A stretch of DNA of 64,000 nucleotides from Candidatus Saccharicenans sp. (lineage in GTDB: Bacteria; Acidobacteriota; Aminicenantia; Aminicenantales; Saccharicenantaceae): positions 221,096 through 285,095 of the forward strand of contig JBNARJ010000001.1 of assembly GCA_049719515.1 (NCBI GenBank). The letters are read 5' to 3'. The notes beneath the pieces are model-generated. The model saw only the letters and a list, made by a program, of their open reading frames with translations, was not told the origin of the DNA and did not search any database. This document shows positions 1-8,960 of the stretch, in pieces. Both the position numbers and the translations under genes were made by a program. How positions within the stretch are numbered: the first letter of the stretch is position 1; each line of letters opens with the position of its first letter.

Positions 1-722
1 ACCAGGTCCTGACCTTTCTGGGGCTCTATTCTTTCCACTTCACCGCGCGAGCGGCCGAGGCTGTCTACCATTTCAATTAATTTTCCTGCTTTTCCGCTTA
101 AAATCTCCTCATACTGCTTTTCCAGACCGGCTTTGCCAACCATCTCTCCCGGAATCCAGGTGCGGTCAGAGTTGGATTTAATTTCCTCGGGAGAGGCTTC
201 CTGCAAATAACCAATAAGATGAGCCGCCAGCTGGTGAAAGGGATAATATCTTTTCGGTTCCACTTCCAGTCTGAGCTCTGGAAATTCTTCCTTTCTGGCC
301 TCCAGCACGGCCACTTCCTCCAGCTTTAGATTGTCCTTGATGATGATTGGTTCATATGCCGGCAGAGACCGGTAGCGCTCAATTCTATTTTTAAGTTCTT
401 CCCGGCTGAGGCCGAGTAAAGAACACAGTTTATCCAGGGTAGCCTCATAATCTTTTACCATATCTCTGATCAGGGACAGCTTGAAGCTGGGAATGTTATC
501 GGCCAGGATTATTTTCTGCCGGTCGAGTATTAACCCGCGGGGGGGAGTCAGGTAAATTTCTCTCAGCCTGTTAGCTTCAGCTAATTTCCAGTACTTTTGA
601 TAATCCAAAACCTGAAGTTTCCAGTAATACAAAACTACCAAGATAACTGCACCCAGTATCATATAAAAAGCAATTTTAGACCTTTTTCTAATCACTCCGA
701 GGTCTTCGTATATCCTGGCCAT
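1..722 (-). CDS. mrdA: Penicillin-binding protein 2 (peptidoglycan D,D-transpeptidase), N-terminal part; gene continues beyond window start
   Basis: Reverse-complement translation begins MARIYEDLGVIRKRSKIAFYMILGAVILVVLYYWKLQVLDYQKYWKLAEANRLREIYLTPPRGLILDRQ, a typical PBP2 N-terminus with a TM anchor. Its ATG overlaps the mreD stop (TGATG), and it sits where mrdA is conserved, downstream of mreBCD. Not in the ORF track because it runs off the window edge. Confidence 0.75.
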   Translation of the reverse strand, partial: MARIYEDLGVIRKRSKIAFYMILGAVILVVLYYWKLQVLDYQKYWKLAEANRLREIYLTPPRGLILDRQKIILADNIPSFKLSLIRDMVKDYEATLDKLCSLLGLSREELKNRIERYRSLPAYEPIIIKDNLKLEEVAVLEARKEEFPELRLEVEPKRYYPFHQLAAHLIGYLQEASPEEIKSNSDRTWIPGEMVGKAGLEKQYEEILSGKAGKLIEMVDSLGRSRGEVERIEPQKGQDL

Positions 723-1216
723 CAGTCAGTTTCTTCCTTGGATTTCAATTTTCTAAACAACCAGACCAGCCCGCTAACCAGAAGAGCCGTGACCACAGTT
801 TGAAGATAGATAAAAGGCTGGGTGTAGAGTATGCTCTTTTTAAAAATTAGAGCATAAAGAGTAATCCAGAGGCTGAGCTGAAAGAGGGCAAAGAAAAAAG
901 AAAAAAGAAATCTTTTGTTGAAGGAGTTGAGGCTCAGCTTCTGACTGAACCAGCCGGCCAGAAAACCGCTGATGGTATAACTGAAACCGGCCAGTCCAAA
1001 AACACCGTAAGAAAAAGCATCCTGGATGAGCCCTGCGGCCGTGCCCATCAGCAGCCCGGCCACTTCGCCATAGATTACCGAAGCAAAAAAGACGGCCACG
1101 ACAAATGGGTTAATCAACATGATTAAGGCCGGGTCGACCGCCCCCAATAAAGAATACAGGATAAAAGCCAGCAGCAGGGTCAACAGAGAAATGAGCCAGT
1201 TTTTGAAATTGTTCAT
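722..1216 (-). CDS. mreD: Rod shape-determining protein MreD (polytopic membrane protein)
   Basis: 164-aa very hydrophobic protein immediately downstream of mreC, in the conserved mreBCD-mrdA order. ATG start confirmed. Confidence 0.7.
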   Translation of the reverse strand: MNNFKNWLISLLTLLLAFILYSLLGAVDPALIMLINPFVVAVFFASVIYGEVAGLLMGTAAGLIQDAFSYGVFGLAGFSYTISGFLAGWFSQKLSLNSFNKRFLFSFFFALFQLSLWITLYALIFKKSILYTQPFIYLQTVVTALLVSGLVWLFRKLKSKEETD

Positions 1217-1225
1217 GTCCTCTCA

Positions 1226-2059
1226 CTACCTCTCCATGACGCTTTCACCGAGCACGGCCACCAAATCCAGGTCCCTCAGGTCAAAGTATGGTTCTACCTG
1301 AATTTTTTTGAACATGCCCCTGTCCGCCGAAACGGAAACAATCCGGCCCACTTTTATCCCGGCCGGAAAAACTTTATCCAGACCGGAGGTTTCTATTTCA
1401 TCACCCACCGTGCCAAGGTTAGAGGAAGCCATGACGTATTTAATGAAGCATCTTCCCTGACCATCGCCGGTTAAAATGCCCAGCAAACGGTCAGTCACTG
1501 AAATCACGGCCACCCCGCTTTCTTCAGAGGTAATCATCACCACCCGAGCTTCATGGGGTAATACCGGCTCTGCCGTCCGGCCTACCAGGTTCCCATGTTT
1601 GTCACAAACGGGTAAGTTTTTAACCACCCCGTCCCTGTATCCCAGGTTGATTACAGCTGAACGGTAAAAATTGGCCGTATCATAGCTAACCAGGCGGGCC
1701 GGCCTGATCGTCCGGCGAAGTGAAGCCAGACTCTCTTCCAGCTCTTTTTCCGAACGGTAGAAACGAATTTTTCGAGCCAGAAGCTGTTTTTCCTGGTTCA
1801 GGAAAAATACTTCTTTCCTTAATTGCTGGTTTTCTTCGCGCAGAAAAGCCAGGTTAGCCATTTCTCTGTAGGTGGATTTTACAAGGTTAACACCAGAGAC
1901 GACCATTTTTTGCAGCGGCGAAAACAGCTGGAAAGAAATCTTTTCCAGCAAAGTTTGTTTGCTTCCGAGAGGCACCTGGATGGAGATGAGAAGCAAATGA
2001 AAAAGTAACAGCAGGCCGGCCAGGAAATACTTATTTTTTACCAGCCGGAACAATGACAT
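1226..2059 (-). CDS. mreC: Rod shape-determining protein MreC
   Basis: 277 aa with an N-terminal TM helix and a coiled-coil region (QQLRKEVFFLNQEKQLLARKIRF), followed by MreC beta-domains. Sits between mreB and mreD. ATG with AGGA ribosome-binding site. Confidence 0.8.
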   Translation of the reverse strand: MSLFRLVKNKYFLAGLLLLFHLLLISIQVPLGSKQTLLEKISFQLFSPLQKMVVSGVNLVKSTYREMANLAFLREENQQLRKEVFFLNQEKQLLARKIRFYRSEKELEESLASLRRTIRPARLVSYDTANFYRSAVINLGYRDGVVKNLPVCDKHGNLVGRTAEPVLPHEARVVMITSEESGVAVISVTDRLLGILTGDGQGRCFIKYVMASSNLGTVGDEIETSGLDKVFPAGIKVGRIVSVSADRGMFKKIQVEPYFDLRDLDLVAVLGESVMER

Positions 2060-2078
2060 CCGTCCTGATTTCTATCCT

Positions 2079-3110
2079 TCATTCGAGAGATATTTTCCTC
2101 AGCAGGTCAAGGTCATCAAGCAACTTCCCCGCTCCCTTAACTACCGAGGTCAAGGGGTCCTCTGTCAGAAAGACAGGAAGCTGAGTTTCTTCCCTGACTC
2201 TCTTGTCAAGGTTTTTCAGCAGCGAGCCACCGCCGGTCAGCACGATACCGCGGTCTATGATATCAGCTGAAAGCTCGGGCGGCGTTCTCTCCAGGGCAAT
2301 TCTTATGGCATTGATGATAGCAGCCACCACCTCTTCGATGGCTTCCCTGATTTCCTGGTCATCCACCACTATCGTGCGGGGAATACCTTCCCGCAGGTCG
2401 CGTCCTTTTATTTCCATGGTCAGAGATTCATCCAGAGGATAGGCAGAACCAAGCTCGATCTTAACCTGCTCGGCTGTCCTCTCACCTATCAGCAGATTAT
2501 ATTTTTTCTTCAGGTACTGGATAATGGCCTCATCCATTTCATTGCTGGCCACTCTAATAGAGTGGTTGAAAACCACGCCATTCAGGGAAATCACGGCGAT
2601 GTCTGTTGTACCACCTCCGATGTCAACAATCATGTTACCGGTTGGCTCGGAAATGGGCAGGTTGGCCCCCACGGCAGCGGCCATTGGCTGTTCCACAATG
2701 TAGACTTCAGAAGCCTTAGCTCTTAAAGCCACGTCCTTCACGGCCCGTCTTTCTACCTGGGTAATGCCCGTGGGAATACCGATGACAATTCGTGGCCGGA
2801 GCAGAAAACTGCGGTTGTTCATGGCCTGCTTGATAAAATAATCAAGCATCTTCTCCGCAATTTCAAAATCAGCAATAACTCCATCGCGCATCGGCTTGAT
2901 GGCCACCACGTTGTTTGGCGTTTTGCCCAGCATTTCTTTGGCCCGGCTGCCCACCGCTTCAATTTTGCCTGTTTGCTTGTTAACTACCACAATGGACGGC
3001 TCTTGGACAACAATGCCCTTCCCCCTGAGATACACCAGCGTGTTGGCCGTGCCCAGGTCGACCGCTAAATCACAGAATAATCTGTCTTTTACCCACGTCC
3101 AGAGGCTCAT
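2079..3110 (-). CDS. mreB: Rod shape-determining actin-like protein MreB
   Basis: DLAVDLGTANTLVY phosphate-1 motif, DIGGGTTD, and full actin-like ATPase length. The ORF-track start at 3128 is a TTG; the in-frame ATG at 3110 (MSLWTWVKDRLF..., AAGGA RBS) fits MreB N-termini better. Confidence 0.9.
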   Translation of the reverse strand: MSLWTWVKDRLFCDLAVDLGTANTLVYLRGKGIVVQEPSIVVVNKQTGKIEAVGSRAKEMLGKTPNNVVAIKPMRDGVIADFEIAEKMLDYFIKQAMNNRSFLLRPRIVIGIPTGITQVERRAVKDVALRAKASEVYIVEQPMAAAVGANLPISEPTGNMIVDIGGGTTDIAVISLNGVVFNHSIRVASNEMDEAIIQYLKKKYNLLIGERTAEQVKIELGSAYPLDESLTMEIKGRDLREGIPRTIVVDDQEIREAIEEVVAAIINAIRIALERTPPELSADIIDRGIVLTGGGSLLKNLDKRVREETQLPVFLTEDPLTSVVKGAGKLLDDLDLLRKISLE

Positions 3111-3271
3111 TCTTTTCCTTTCTCTCAAACATCAATTCATTATCAATTCTTTTTAGCACAAAAAATAACTTATAGCAAATTTTTCTGTCTTGGGCTGCTC
3201 TCAAATTTATCTTGACTAAACAGACTGTTTTCTAATATACATAAAGAAAAACTTAATAAAAGGAGACGTCC

Positions 3272-5296
3272 ATGGAGCATAAGCCGTACGTTCCTGACAA
3301 AACTGACATGAAAGAATTCACTTTAAGAGCAGTTATCCTCGGGCTGATAATGACCGTCATTCTGGGCGCGGCTAACGCTTATCTGGGGTTAAGAGCGGGC
3401 ATGACCATTGCCGCCACTTACCCGGCCGCCGTTATTGGCATGGCCCTGCTGAAAATCATGAAGGGCTCCATCCTGGAAGAAAACATTGCCAGAACCGTTG
3501 GTTCAATCGGGGAATCAGTGGCCGCAGGTGCCATATTTACCATACCGGCCTTTCTGATTACTGGGGCCTGGACTAAATTTAACACCATTGATGCCTATCT
3601 CAAATCCACCGCTCTGATGTTTGTCGGCGGTTTGCTGGGCATTCTGTTCGTAACTTTTCTCAGAAGAATAATGGTCACAGACCCTGAGCTCCCCTTCCCC
3701 GAGTCTGTGGCGGCCGCTGAAATTCACAAAGCCGGCCAGAAAGGAAGTGCCGGAGCTAAATTCCTGTTCCAGGCAATGGGAGTCGGAGCCCTGCTGTACA
3801 GCCTCGGTGTGATTCAACTGTTTGCCGCTTCGAAAGAATTTGTGATCAGGCTGGGCAAAATTGGCTCCAGTTTTGTCAGGCTGGGCGCTTCCAAGGAGGC
3901 CGGAACAGTGGGAACGGGTGGAGTGGTCAGCGTTTCCGGCCCGGGTATATTCCCGGCCTACATTGGAGTTGGCTACATAATAGGACCGAGGCTGGCTTCC
4001 CTTAACTTTGCCGGCGGGGTGCTGGCCTGGGGGCTTTTCGCTCCCCTGCTGATGTATTTCCTGGGGCCGCAGCTGGTAGAAAAATTCTACGGTCCGTCTG
4101 TGGCCATGGCCGATGTTCCCTGGCCGGAGCTGGTGACCAATGTGTGGAAATTTATCATCAGGCCTATTGCCGTGGGTGGTATGCTGGTCGGGGCAGGTTA
4201 TACTCTGTTCCGCATGAGGAAAAACCTGGCCACCGGAATTAAACGGTCCATCGGCGATGTTAAAAAGGCGGCTGAAAAAACCGAGGTTACTTCAAGAATA
4301 GAAAAAGACCTGAATACCCGCCTGGTGCTCTTCCTGATGGCCATAACTGTCGTCCTGATGGTATTTGTGTATAAAGTATTTTCCGGAAGCTTTGGACCGG
4401 CTATTCTGGCTGCCCTGGTGATGGCTATCGCCGGTTTCTTTTTCGCCGCAGTTTCAGGAAACCTGGTCGGCACCATCGGTTCTTCCAACAACCCAATTTC
4501 TGGTTTGACCCTTTCCACCCTGATCATTGCCGGGCTTTTGATGGTTTTAATCGGAGCCAGAGGCACCTCGGGCGTGGTGGCTGTCCTGGGAGTGGCTTCC
4601 GTAGTTTGCGTTTCATCGGCGGTGGCCGGAGAAATGCTTCAGGACCTCAAGGTTGGACACATCCTCGGCGGCACGCCCTGGAAGATGCAGGTCGGAGACA
4701 TCATTGGCGTTCTGGTGGCCTCGCTTCTTCTTTATTTTCCCCTGATGATTTTACACGGAGCTTTCACTTTCGGCAGCAAAGACCTGCCGGCGCCGCAGGC
4801 CGGCCTGATGGCGGCCATCTCCCAGGGCATAGTCGGCGGCGAAATGGCCTGGCCGTTAGTAATCGTTGGTATGTTTATGGGCTTTGCTCTTATCCTGGTT
4901 CAGGTTCGGTCGCCCATGCTGGTAGCCGTCGGCATGTACCTGCCCCTGGAGACCACATTTGCCATATTCATGGGTGGCATGATCAAGGGTCTGCTTGACC
5001 GCCTGGTAGCTAAAAAGGGCTTAAACCCGGCCCAGAAAGCCAGGGTAGAAAATGTTGGCGTGCTCCTGGCGGCGGGCCTGATCGCTGGAGAAGCACTGAC
5101 CGGGCTTATCAGAGCTGCCTGGAAGTTCTTCTTCCTGCAGAATGTGATAAGCAAAGATATACCGATTATTTTCAGCAACCCGAGCTATCTGGGCGGGCTG
5201 GTCGTTCTGGTTCTGATCGGCTTCTACCTGATTGCCGTGCCGCTTAAAAACACCGGAGCAGCGGATGAACCGCCACCACCATCAGCTGTAATTTAA
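3272..5296 (+). CDS. OPT-family oligopeptide transporter
   Basis: 674-aa polytopic membrane protein with an N-terminus (MKEFTLRAVILGLIMTVILGAANAYLGLRAGMTIAATYPAAVIG) characteristic of the OPT superfamily. AAGGAGA RBS. A possible sigma70 promoter (TTGACT, 17 nt spacer, TAATAT) lies at about 3211-3240. Confidence 0.85.
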   Translation: MEHKPYVPDKTDMKEFTLRAVILGLIMTVILGAANAYLGLRAGMTIAATYPAAVIGMALLKIMKGSILEENIARTVGSIGESVAAGAIFTIPAFLITGAWTKFNTIDAYLKSTALMFVGGLLGILFVTFLRRIMVTDPELPFPESVAAAEIHKAGQKGSAGAKFLFQAMGVGALLYSLGVIQLFAASKEFVIRLGKIGSSFVRLGASKEAGTVGTGGVVSVSGPGIFPAYIGVGYIIGPRLASLNFAGGVLAWGLFAPLLMYFLGPQLVEKFYGPSVAMADVPWPELVTNVWKFIIRPIAVGGMLVGAGYTLFRMRKNLATGIKRSIGDVKKAAEKTEVTSRIEKDLNTRLVLFLMAITVVLMVFVYKVFSGSFGPAILAALVMAIAGFFFAAVSGNLVGTIGSSNNPISGLTLSTLIIAGLLMVLIGARGTSGVVAVLGVASVVCVSSAVAGEMLQDLKVGHILGGTPWKMQVGDIIGVLVASLLLYFPLMILHGAFTFGSKDLPAPQAGLMAAISQGIVGGEMAWPLVIVGMFMGFALILVQVRSPMLVAVGMYLPLETTFAIFMGGMIKGLLDRLVAKKGLNPAQKARVENVGVLLAAGLIAGEALTGLIRAAWKFFFLQNVISKDIPIIFSNPSYLGGLVVLVLIGFYLIAVPLKNTGAADEPPPPSAVI

Positions 5297-5386
5297 GCCC
5301 TGGGTTGCAATTATTTTTGACAGCCTCAAAAATTAAGATTTCTCTTATTTGTCAGAAGAGGAGAAGTAGTCTAAAATAATACTGCT

Positions 5387-5899
5387 ATGGCAGTTATGGA
5401 AATCATCAAAGTCGGTCATCCAACTCTGGCCCAGAAAGCTCTGCCGGTAGAAAACATAACCGGCGAAATAGTCGAGCTGGCCAGGAATATGGTGGAAACG
5501 ATGCACAGGGCACCCGGAATAGGGCTGGCTGCCCCGCAGGTCAACGTCAGCCTCAGGCTGATCACGGTCGACCTGTCAGTCGGGGAAAAGCCCGACCAGC
5601 TGATAATCATGATAAACCCGGAAGTAGTAGAACAGGAAGGCGAACTGCTGGGCGAAGAAGGCTGCCTGTCTGTCCCGGGTATTTATGAAAACATAACCAG
5701 GCCAGCTCGAGTACAGGTGCGAGGTTATGATTTGGACGGCCGGGAGGTAACCATTGAAGCCGAAGACCTTCTGGCAAGAGTCTTCTGCCACGAAATAGAC
5801 CATCTTGAAGGAAAACTTTTCATTGACCGCCTTTCTCCCTTAAAAAGGCACCTCATTAAAAGCAGGCTAAGGAAAGAGTTGGAGAAAAAGAAAGGCTGA
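5387..5899 (+). CDS. def: Peptide deformylase
   Basis: All three PDF motifs are present: GIGLAAPQV, EGCLSVPG, HEIDHLEG. It is followed directly by fmt, the classic def-fmt pair. Confidence 0.9.
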   Translation: MAVMEIIKVGHPTLAQKALPVENITGEIVELARNMVETMHRAPGIGLAAPQVNVSLRLITVDLSVGEKPDQLIIMINPEVVEQEGELLGEEGCLSVPGIYENITRPARVQVRGYDLDGREVTIEAEDLLARVFCHEIDHLEGKLFIDRLSPLKRHLIKSRLRKELEKKKG

Positions 5900-5905
5900 C
5901 CTCAT

Positions 5906-6838
5906 ATGAAAGTAGTTTTTTTCGGCAGTCCGGCCGTCGCCCTTCCGGCGCTAAACGCACTTTTAGCGGCTGGTCATGAAATAAAACTGGTGGTTACTCA
6001 GCCTGACAGACCGGCTGGAAGGGGAAAAAAATTAACACCGCCTCCTGTAAAGGTTTTTGCCCTGAACCATCAACTTGAAATAATTCAACCGCAGAAAATA
6101 CGGCAGGACGAGCAGGCCCTGGAAAAAATAAAGGCTGCCTCACCTGAGGTCAACGTGGTGGTGGCTTACGGGCAGATTATACCGGCTTCTATCATCTACC
6201 TTCCTAAATACAAATCACTTAACGTACATTTTTCACTCTTGCCGAAATACCGAGGGGCAGCTCCCGTAGCCTGGGCCATCCTGAATGGTGACCAGTACAC
6301 GGGCGTGACCATCATGCAGCTGAATGAAAAGATGGATGAAGGCCCAATCCTGGCCAGGGAAATCGTTCCCATCCTTCCCCGAGAAAATACGCAAGAACTG
6401 GAAACCAGACTGGCCCATGTGGGAGCCGAACTTCTGGTTAAAACGCTCAGCCAGATTGACTCCATCATTCCCCAGGAACAGGACCAGGCCCAGGCCACCT
6501 ACGCACCTAAAATTACCAAAGAGCAGGGAAAAATAAACTGGTCTGAGCCGGCAGAAGTCATTGACCGAAAAGTTAGGGCTTTTTACCCCTGGCCTGGAGC
6601 TTATACCTTTTTAAACGGCCAGAGGCTGGAAATAATTTCAGGAGTGGCCCTGCCTGGCCTGATGCCCGATTCAAAACCGGGGGAAATAGTCCGGGTAGAC
6701 AAATCCGGCTTCTATGTCCGCTGCGGCGGGGGCAATCTTTACCTGATAGAAAAGGTCAAGCCCGAAGGCAAGAAAGAAATGACCGCTTATGCCTACAGCC
6801 TGGGAAACCGCGTCTTGGCAGGCGCGACCTTTACTTAA
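5906..6838 (+). CDS. fmt: Methionyl-tRNA formyltransferase
   Basis: Formyl-transferase N-domain (MKVVFFGSPAVALPALNALLAAGHEIKLVVTQPDRPAGRGKK; NVHFSLLPKYRGAAP) plus a C-terminal domain. Lies 7 nt after def. Confidence 0.9.
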   Translation: MKVVFFGSPAVALPALNALLAAGHEIKLVVTQPDRPAGRGKKLTPPPVKVFALNHQLEIIQPQKIRQDEQALEKIKAASPEVNVVVAYGQIIPASIIYLPKYKSLNVHFSLLPKYRGAAPVAWAILNGDQYTGVTIMQLNEKMDEGPILAREIVPILPRENTQELETRLAHVGAELLVKTLSQIDSIIPQEQDQAQATYAPKITKEQGKINWSEPAEVIDRKVRAFYPWPGAYTFLNGQRLEIISGVALPGLMPDSKPGEIVRVDKSGFYVRCGGGNLYLIEKVKPEGKKEMTAYAYSLGNRVLAGATFT

Positions 6839-6878
6839 TAAAAGAGAAAAAAAAGAGCGCGCTGCTGTCCCCGTTTGC

Positions 6879-7772
6879 TCACTCTTCAATGATATAGTCA
6901 ATCGGGTTGATGGGCTTGCCGTTCAGATGAACTTCATAATGGAGATGCGGCCCGAGGGCTTTTCCCGTTTTCCCCACATAGCCAATGAGTTGACCCCTTT
7001 CTACCTTCTGGCCGGATTTAACCGTATATTTTTGCAGGTGCCAGTATTCGGTAGAAAAACCGTTACCATGGCTAATAATGACAAAATTTCCTTTGTACTT
7101 ATCAAACCCGACCTGCACCACCACACCGTTGGCCGTGGCCACCACCGGATTATTAATATTGGTAGCTATATCCAGGCCAGTATGCATGGCATTCCGGCCG
7201 GTGAAAGGGTCAATCCGGGGGCCAAAAGAGGAGGATACCCAGCCTACCGTTGGCCAAATAGTGGGGGTTGTGGCTAAGGTAGTGTTCTGGTTTTCAAAAA
7301 AGTGCAGCACATAGCTCAGGTTTTTTTCCATCGACTCGGCTCTTTGCTTGATGGCTTGAATGGCCCCGGGGGTGATTTCTCTGGTTATCTTACCCGCATC
7401 TTTAGCCTCAAACCTGTCCCCTCCGCCGAGCCCCGGTTCACCGGTTATTTTATCAGGCGATTGTATCCCGGCCAGCACGTTAATTTTGCGGACATAGTTT
7501 TCCAGGCTGTTTAACGACTCCTTCATTTGGGAAATAGTGACTTCGTAATTGGCCAGCGTTTCTTTCTGCACCTGGAATTCTTTCTGGAGTTCTTTATACT
7601 TGGCTTTAGTCATAGTCATCGAGAAATAATCAACCAGAAAATAGGAAAAAAGAACGGCAAAGGTCACTCCGGCGATAATCAGCAATCTGACACTCTTCTG
7701 GGGAATGGTTATCGTCCTAAAGTTGGTCTTCCAGTTTGGCACAATGACAATCGATATTAACTTTTTGCTCAT
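6879..7772 (-). CDS. M23-family metallopeptidase (EnvC/NlpD-like) with N-terminal TM helix and coiled coil
   Basis: C-terminal LytM/M23 signature HTGLDIA...GNFVIISHGNGFSTEYWHL...GKTGKALGPHLHYEV. The N-terminal half is a coiled coil. Confidence 0.8.
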   Translation of the reverse strand: MSKKLISIVIVPNWKTNFRTITIPQKSVRLLIIAGVTFAVLFSYFLVDYFSMTMTKAKYKELQKEFQVQKETLANYEVTISQMKESLNSLENYVRKINVLAGIQSPDKITGEPGLGGGDRFEAKDAGKITREITPGAIQAIKQRAESMEKNLSYVLHFFENQNTTLATTPTIWPTVGWVSSSFGPRIDPFTGRNAMHTGLDIATNINNPVVATANGVVVQVGFDKYKGNFVIISHGNGFSTEYWHLQKYTVKSGQKVERGQLIGYVGKTGKALGPHLHYEVHLNGKPINPIDYIIEE

Positions 7773-7849
7773 TTTCTTTCTCTATGCTTAATTTTTCTTA
7801 CCTCAGCTCGCTTAAACATTATTTTTGGATTTTACCAGATTCTTTGCTT

Positions 7850-8107
7850 TCACTCAACCACTTTAAAAACCACGTCATGTTCACGAACGGGCATGTCCAC
7901 TTTAAAGGCCACCTCTTCCCCTGATTTGGCTTCTTCAACCGGTTTGTGCTCTATCTGCATTGATTCTATCTTCTGGTAAAAATCCGTGCTGTGACCCTTT
8001 ATATGAACCACATCGCCCACCCTGAATCCTCTTCCACTCACCCTGGCCACACCGACCTGAATCCTGGGGAAATAATGAGTAATACGGCCGACTTCAACCT
8101 CCTCCAT
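7850..8107 (-). CDS. Small (85 aa) beta-barrel protein resembling EF-Tu domain 2 (translation-factor-like stand-alone domain)
   Basis: Strong AAGGAGGG RBS 6 nt before the ATG. The sequence GRITHYFPRIQVGVARVSGRGFRVGDVVHI...EEVAFKVD looks like the GTP_EFTU_D2 barrel. Confidence 0.45.
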   Translation of the reverse strand: MEEVEVGRITHYFPRIQVGVARVSGRGFRVGDVVHIKGHSTDFYQKIESMQIEHKPVEEAKSGEEVAFKVDMPVREHDVVFKVVE

Positions 8108-8173
8108 AGTTTGCCCTCCTTATTTTTTTTGTCTATTTAATACCAAAAAAATTGAAATTTAGCAATTATTTTT

Positions 8174-8944
8174 TTAGCCCCCGCAGAGGACCGAACCTCC
8201 GTTGACGTTTAGAATCTCTCCGATAATATGGGTGGCCAGGTCAGAAACCAGAAAAACAATGGGGCCGGCCACGTCTTCTGGCGGAGGGATTCTTTTTAAG
8301 GGAATTGACTGCCGGACTTTTTCTTTGAACTCGGGGTCAGAAAAAACCTCGGTGCACATATCAGTTTCTACCCAGCCGGGGGCCACACAGTTGACCCTTA
8401 TGTTAAAAGGCGCCAGCTCCACGGCCAGAGATTTGGTCAGGGAAACCAGGGCCCCTTTGCTGGCCGCGTAGTGGGAATGAAAGGCTTCCCCCCGGACGGC
8501 CGCCGTCGAAGCAACATTTACTATCCAGCCCTGGCGTTTTTTCTTCATGGCCGGGACTACAGCATTGGTCGCATAATAAACCCCGTCGAGGTTTACGGCC
8601 ATGGTTTCCCGCCAGACTTCTTCCGGCATATTACCCATCTCTCCGTAAGTCCAGATGCCGGCGTTGTTAACCAGGATGTCTATACTCCCCCATTTATCAA
8701 GAACTGACTGCACCATGTTCTCCACATCCTGCCGGCTGGAAATTTCAGCCTTTATGGCCAAAGCCCTTACCCCCTTGCTTTCCGCCAGGTGTTTAACCTC
8801 CAGGGCAGCTTTTTCCTGTTTCTGGTAATGAATCACCACATCGGCCCCCGCTTCAGCCAGCATTAGGGCGGTGGCCCGCCCAATTCCTCTGGAGCCTCCC
8901 GTAACAAGCGCTGTTTTACCTGAAAGATTGATGACCAAGCTCAT
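8174..8944 (-). CDS. Short-chain dehydrogenase/reductase (FabG-like 3-oxoacyl reductase family)
   Basis: TGGSRGIGRA Rossmann motif, NNAG, and the YAASK catalytic motif. The ORF-track N-terminal extension was rejected; ATG at 8944 (MSLVINLSGKTALVTGGS) has a GAGGT RBS. Confidence 0.8.
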   Translation of the reverse strand: MSLVINLSGKTALVTGGSRGIGRATALMLAEAGADVVIHYQKQEKAALEVKHLAESKGVRALAIKAEISSRQDVENMVQSVLDKWGSIDILVNNAGIWTYGEMGNMPEEVWRETMAVNLDGVYYATNAVVPAMKKKRQGWIVNVASTAAVRGEAFHSHYAASKGALVSLTKSLAVELAPFNIRVNCVAPGWVETDMCTEVFSDPEFKEKVRQSIPLKRIPPPEDVAGPIVFLVSDLATHIIGEILNVNGGSVLCGG

Positions 8945-8960
8945 CTTATTTACCTCTAAC

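Noticed and set aside
597-803. 68-aa plus-strand ORF spanning the mreD/mrdA junction
   Set aside because: It lies entirely antisense to two well-supported minus-strand genes (mrdA, mreD), has no RBS and a low-complexity sequence. Spurious.
6839-6878. Possible terminator between convergent fmt and the M23 peptidase (AGCGCGCT palindrome after an A-run)
   Set aside because: The stem is only 4 bp with no loop. Too weak to call.
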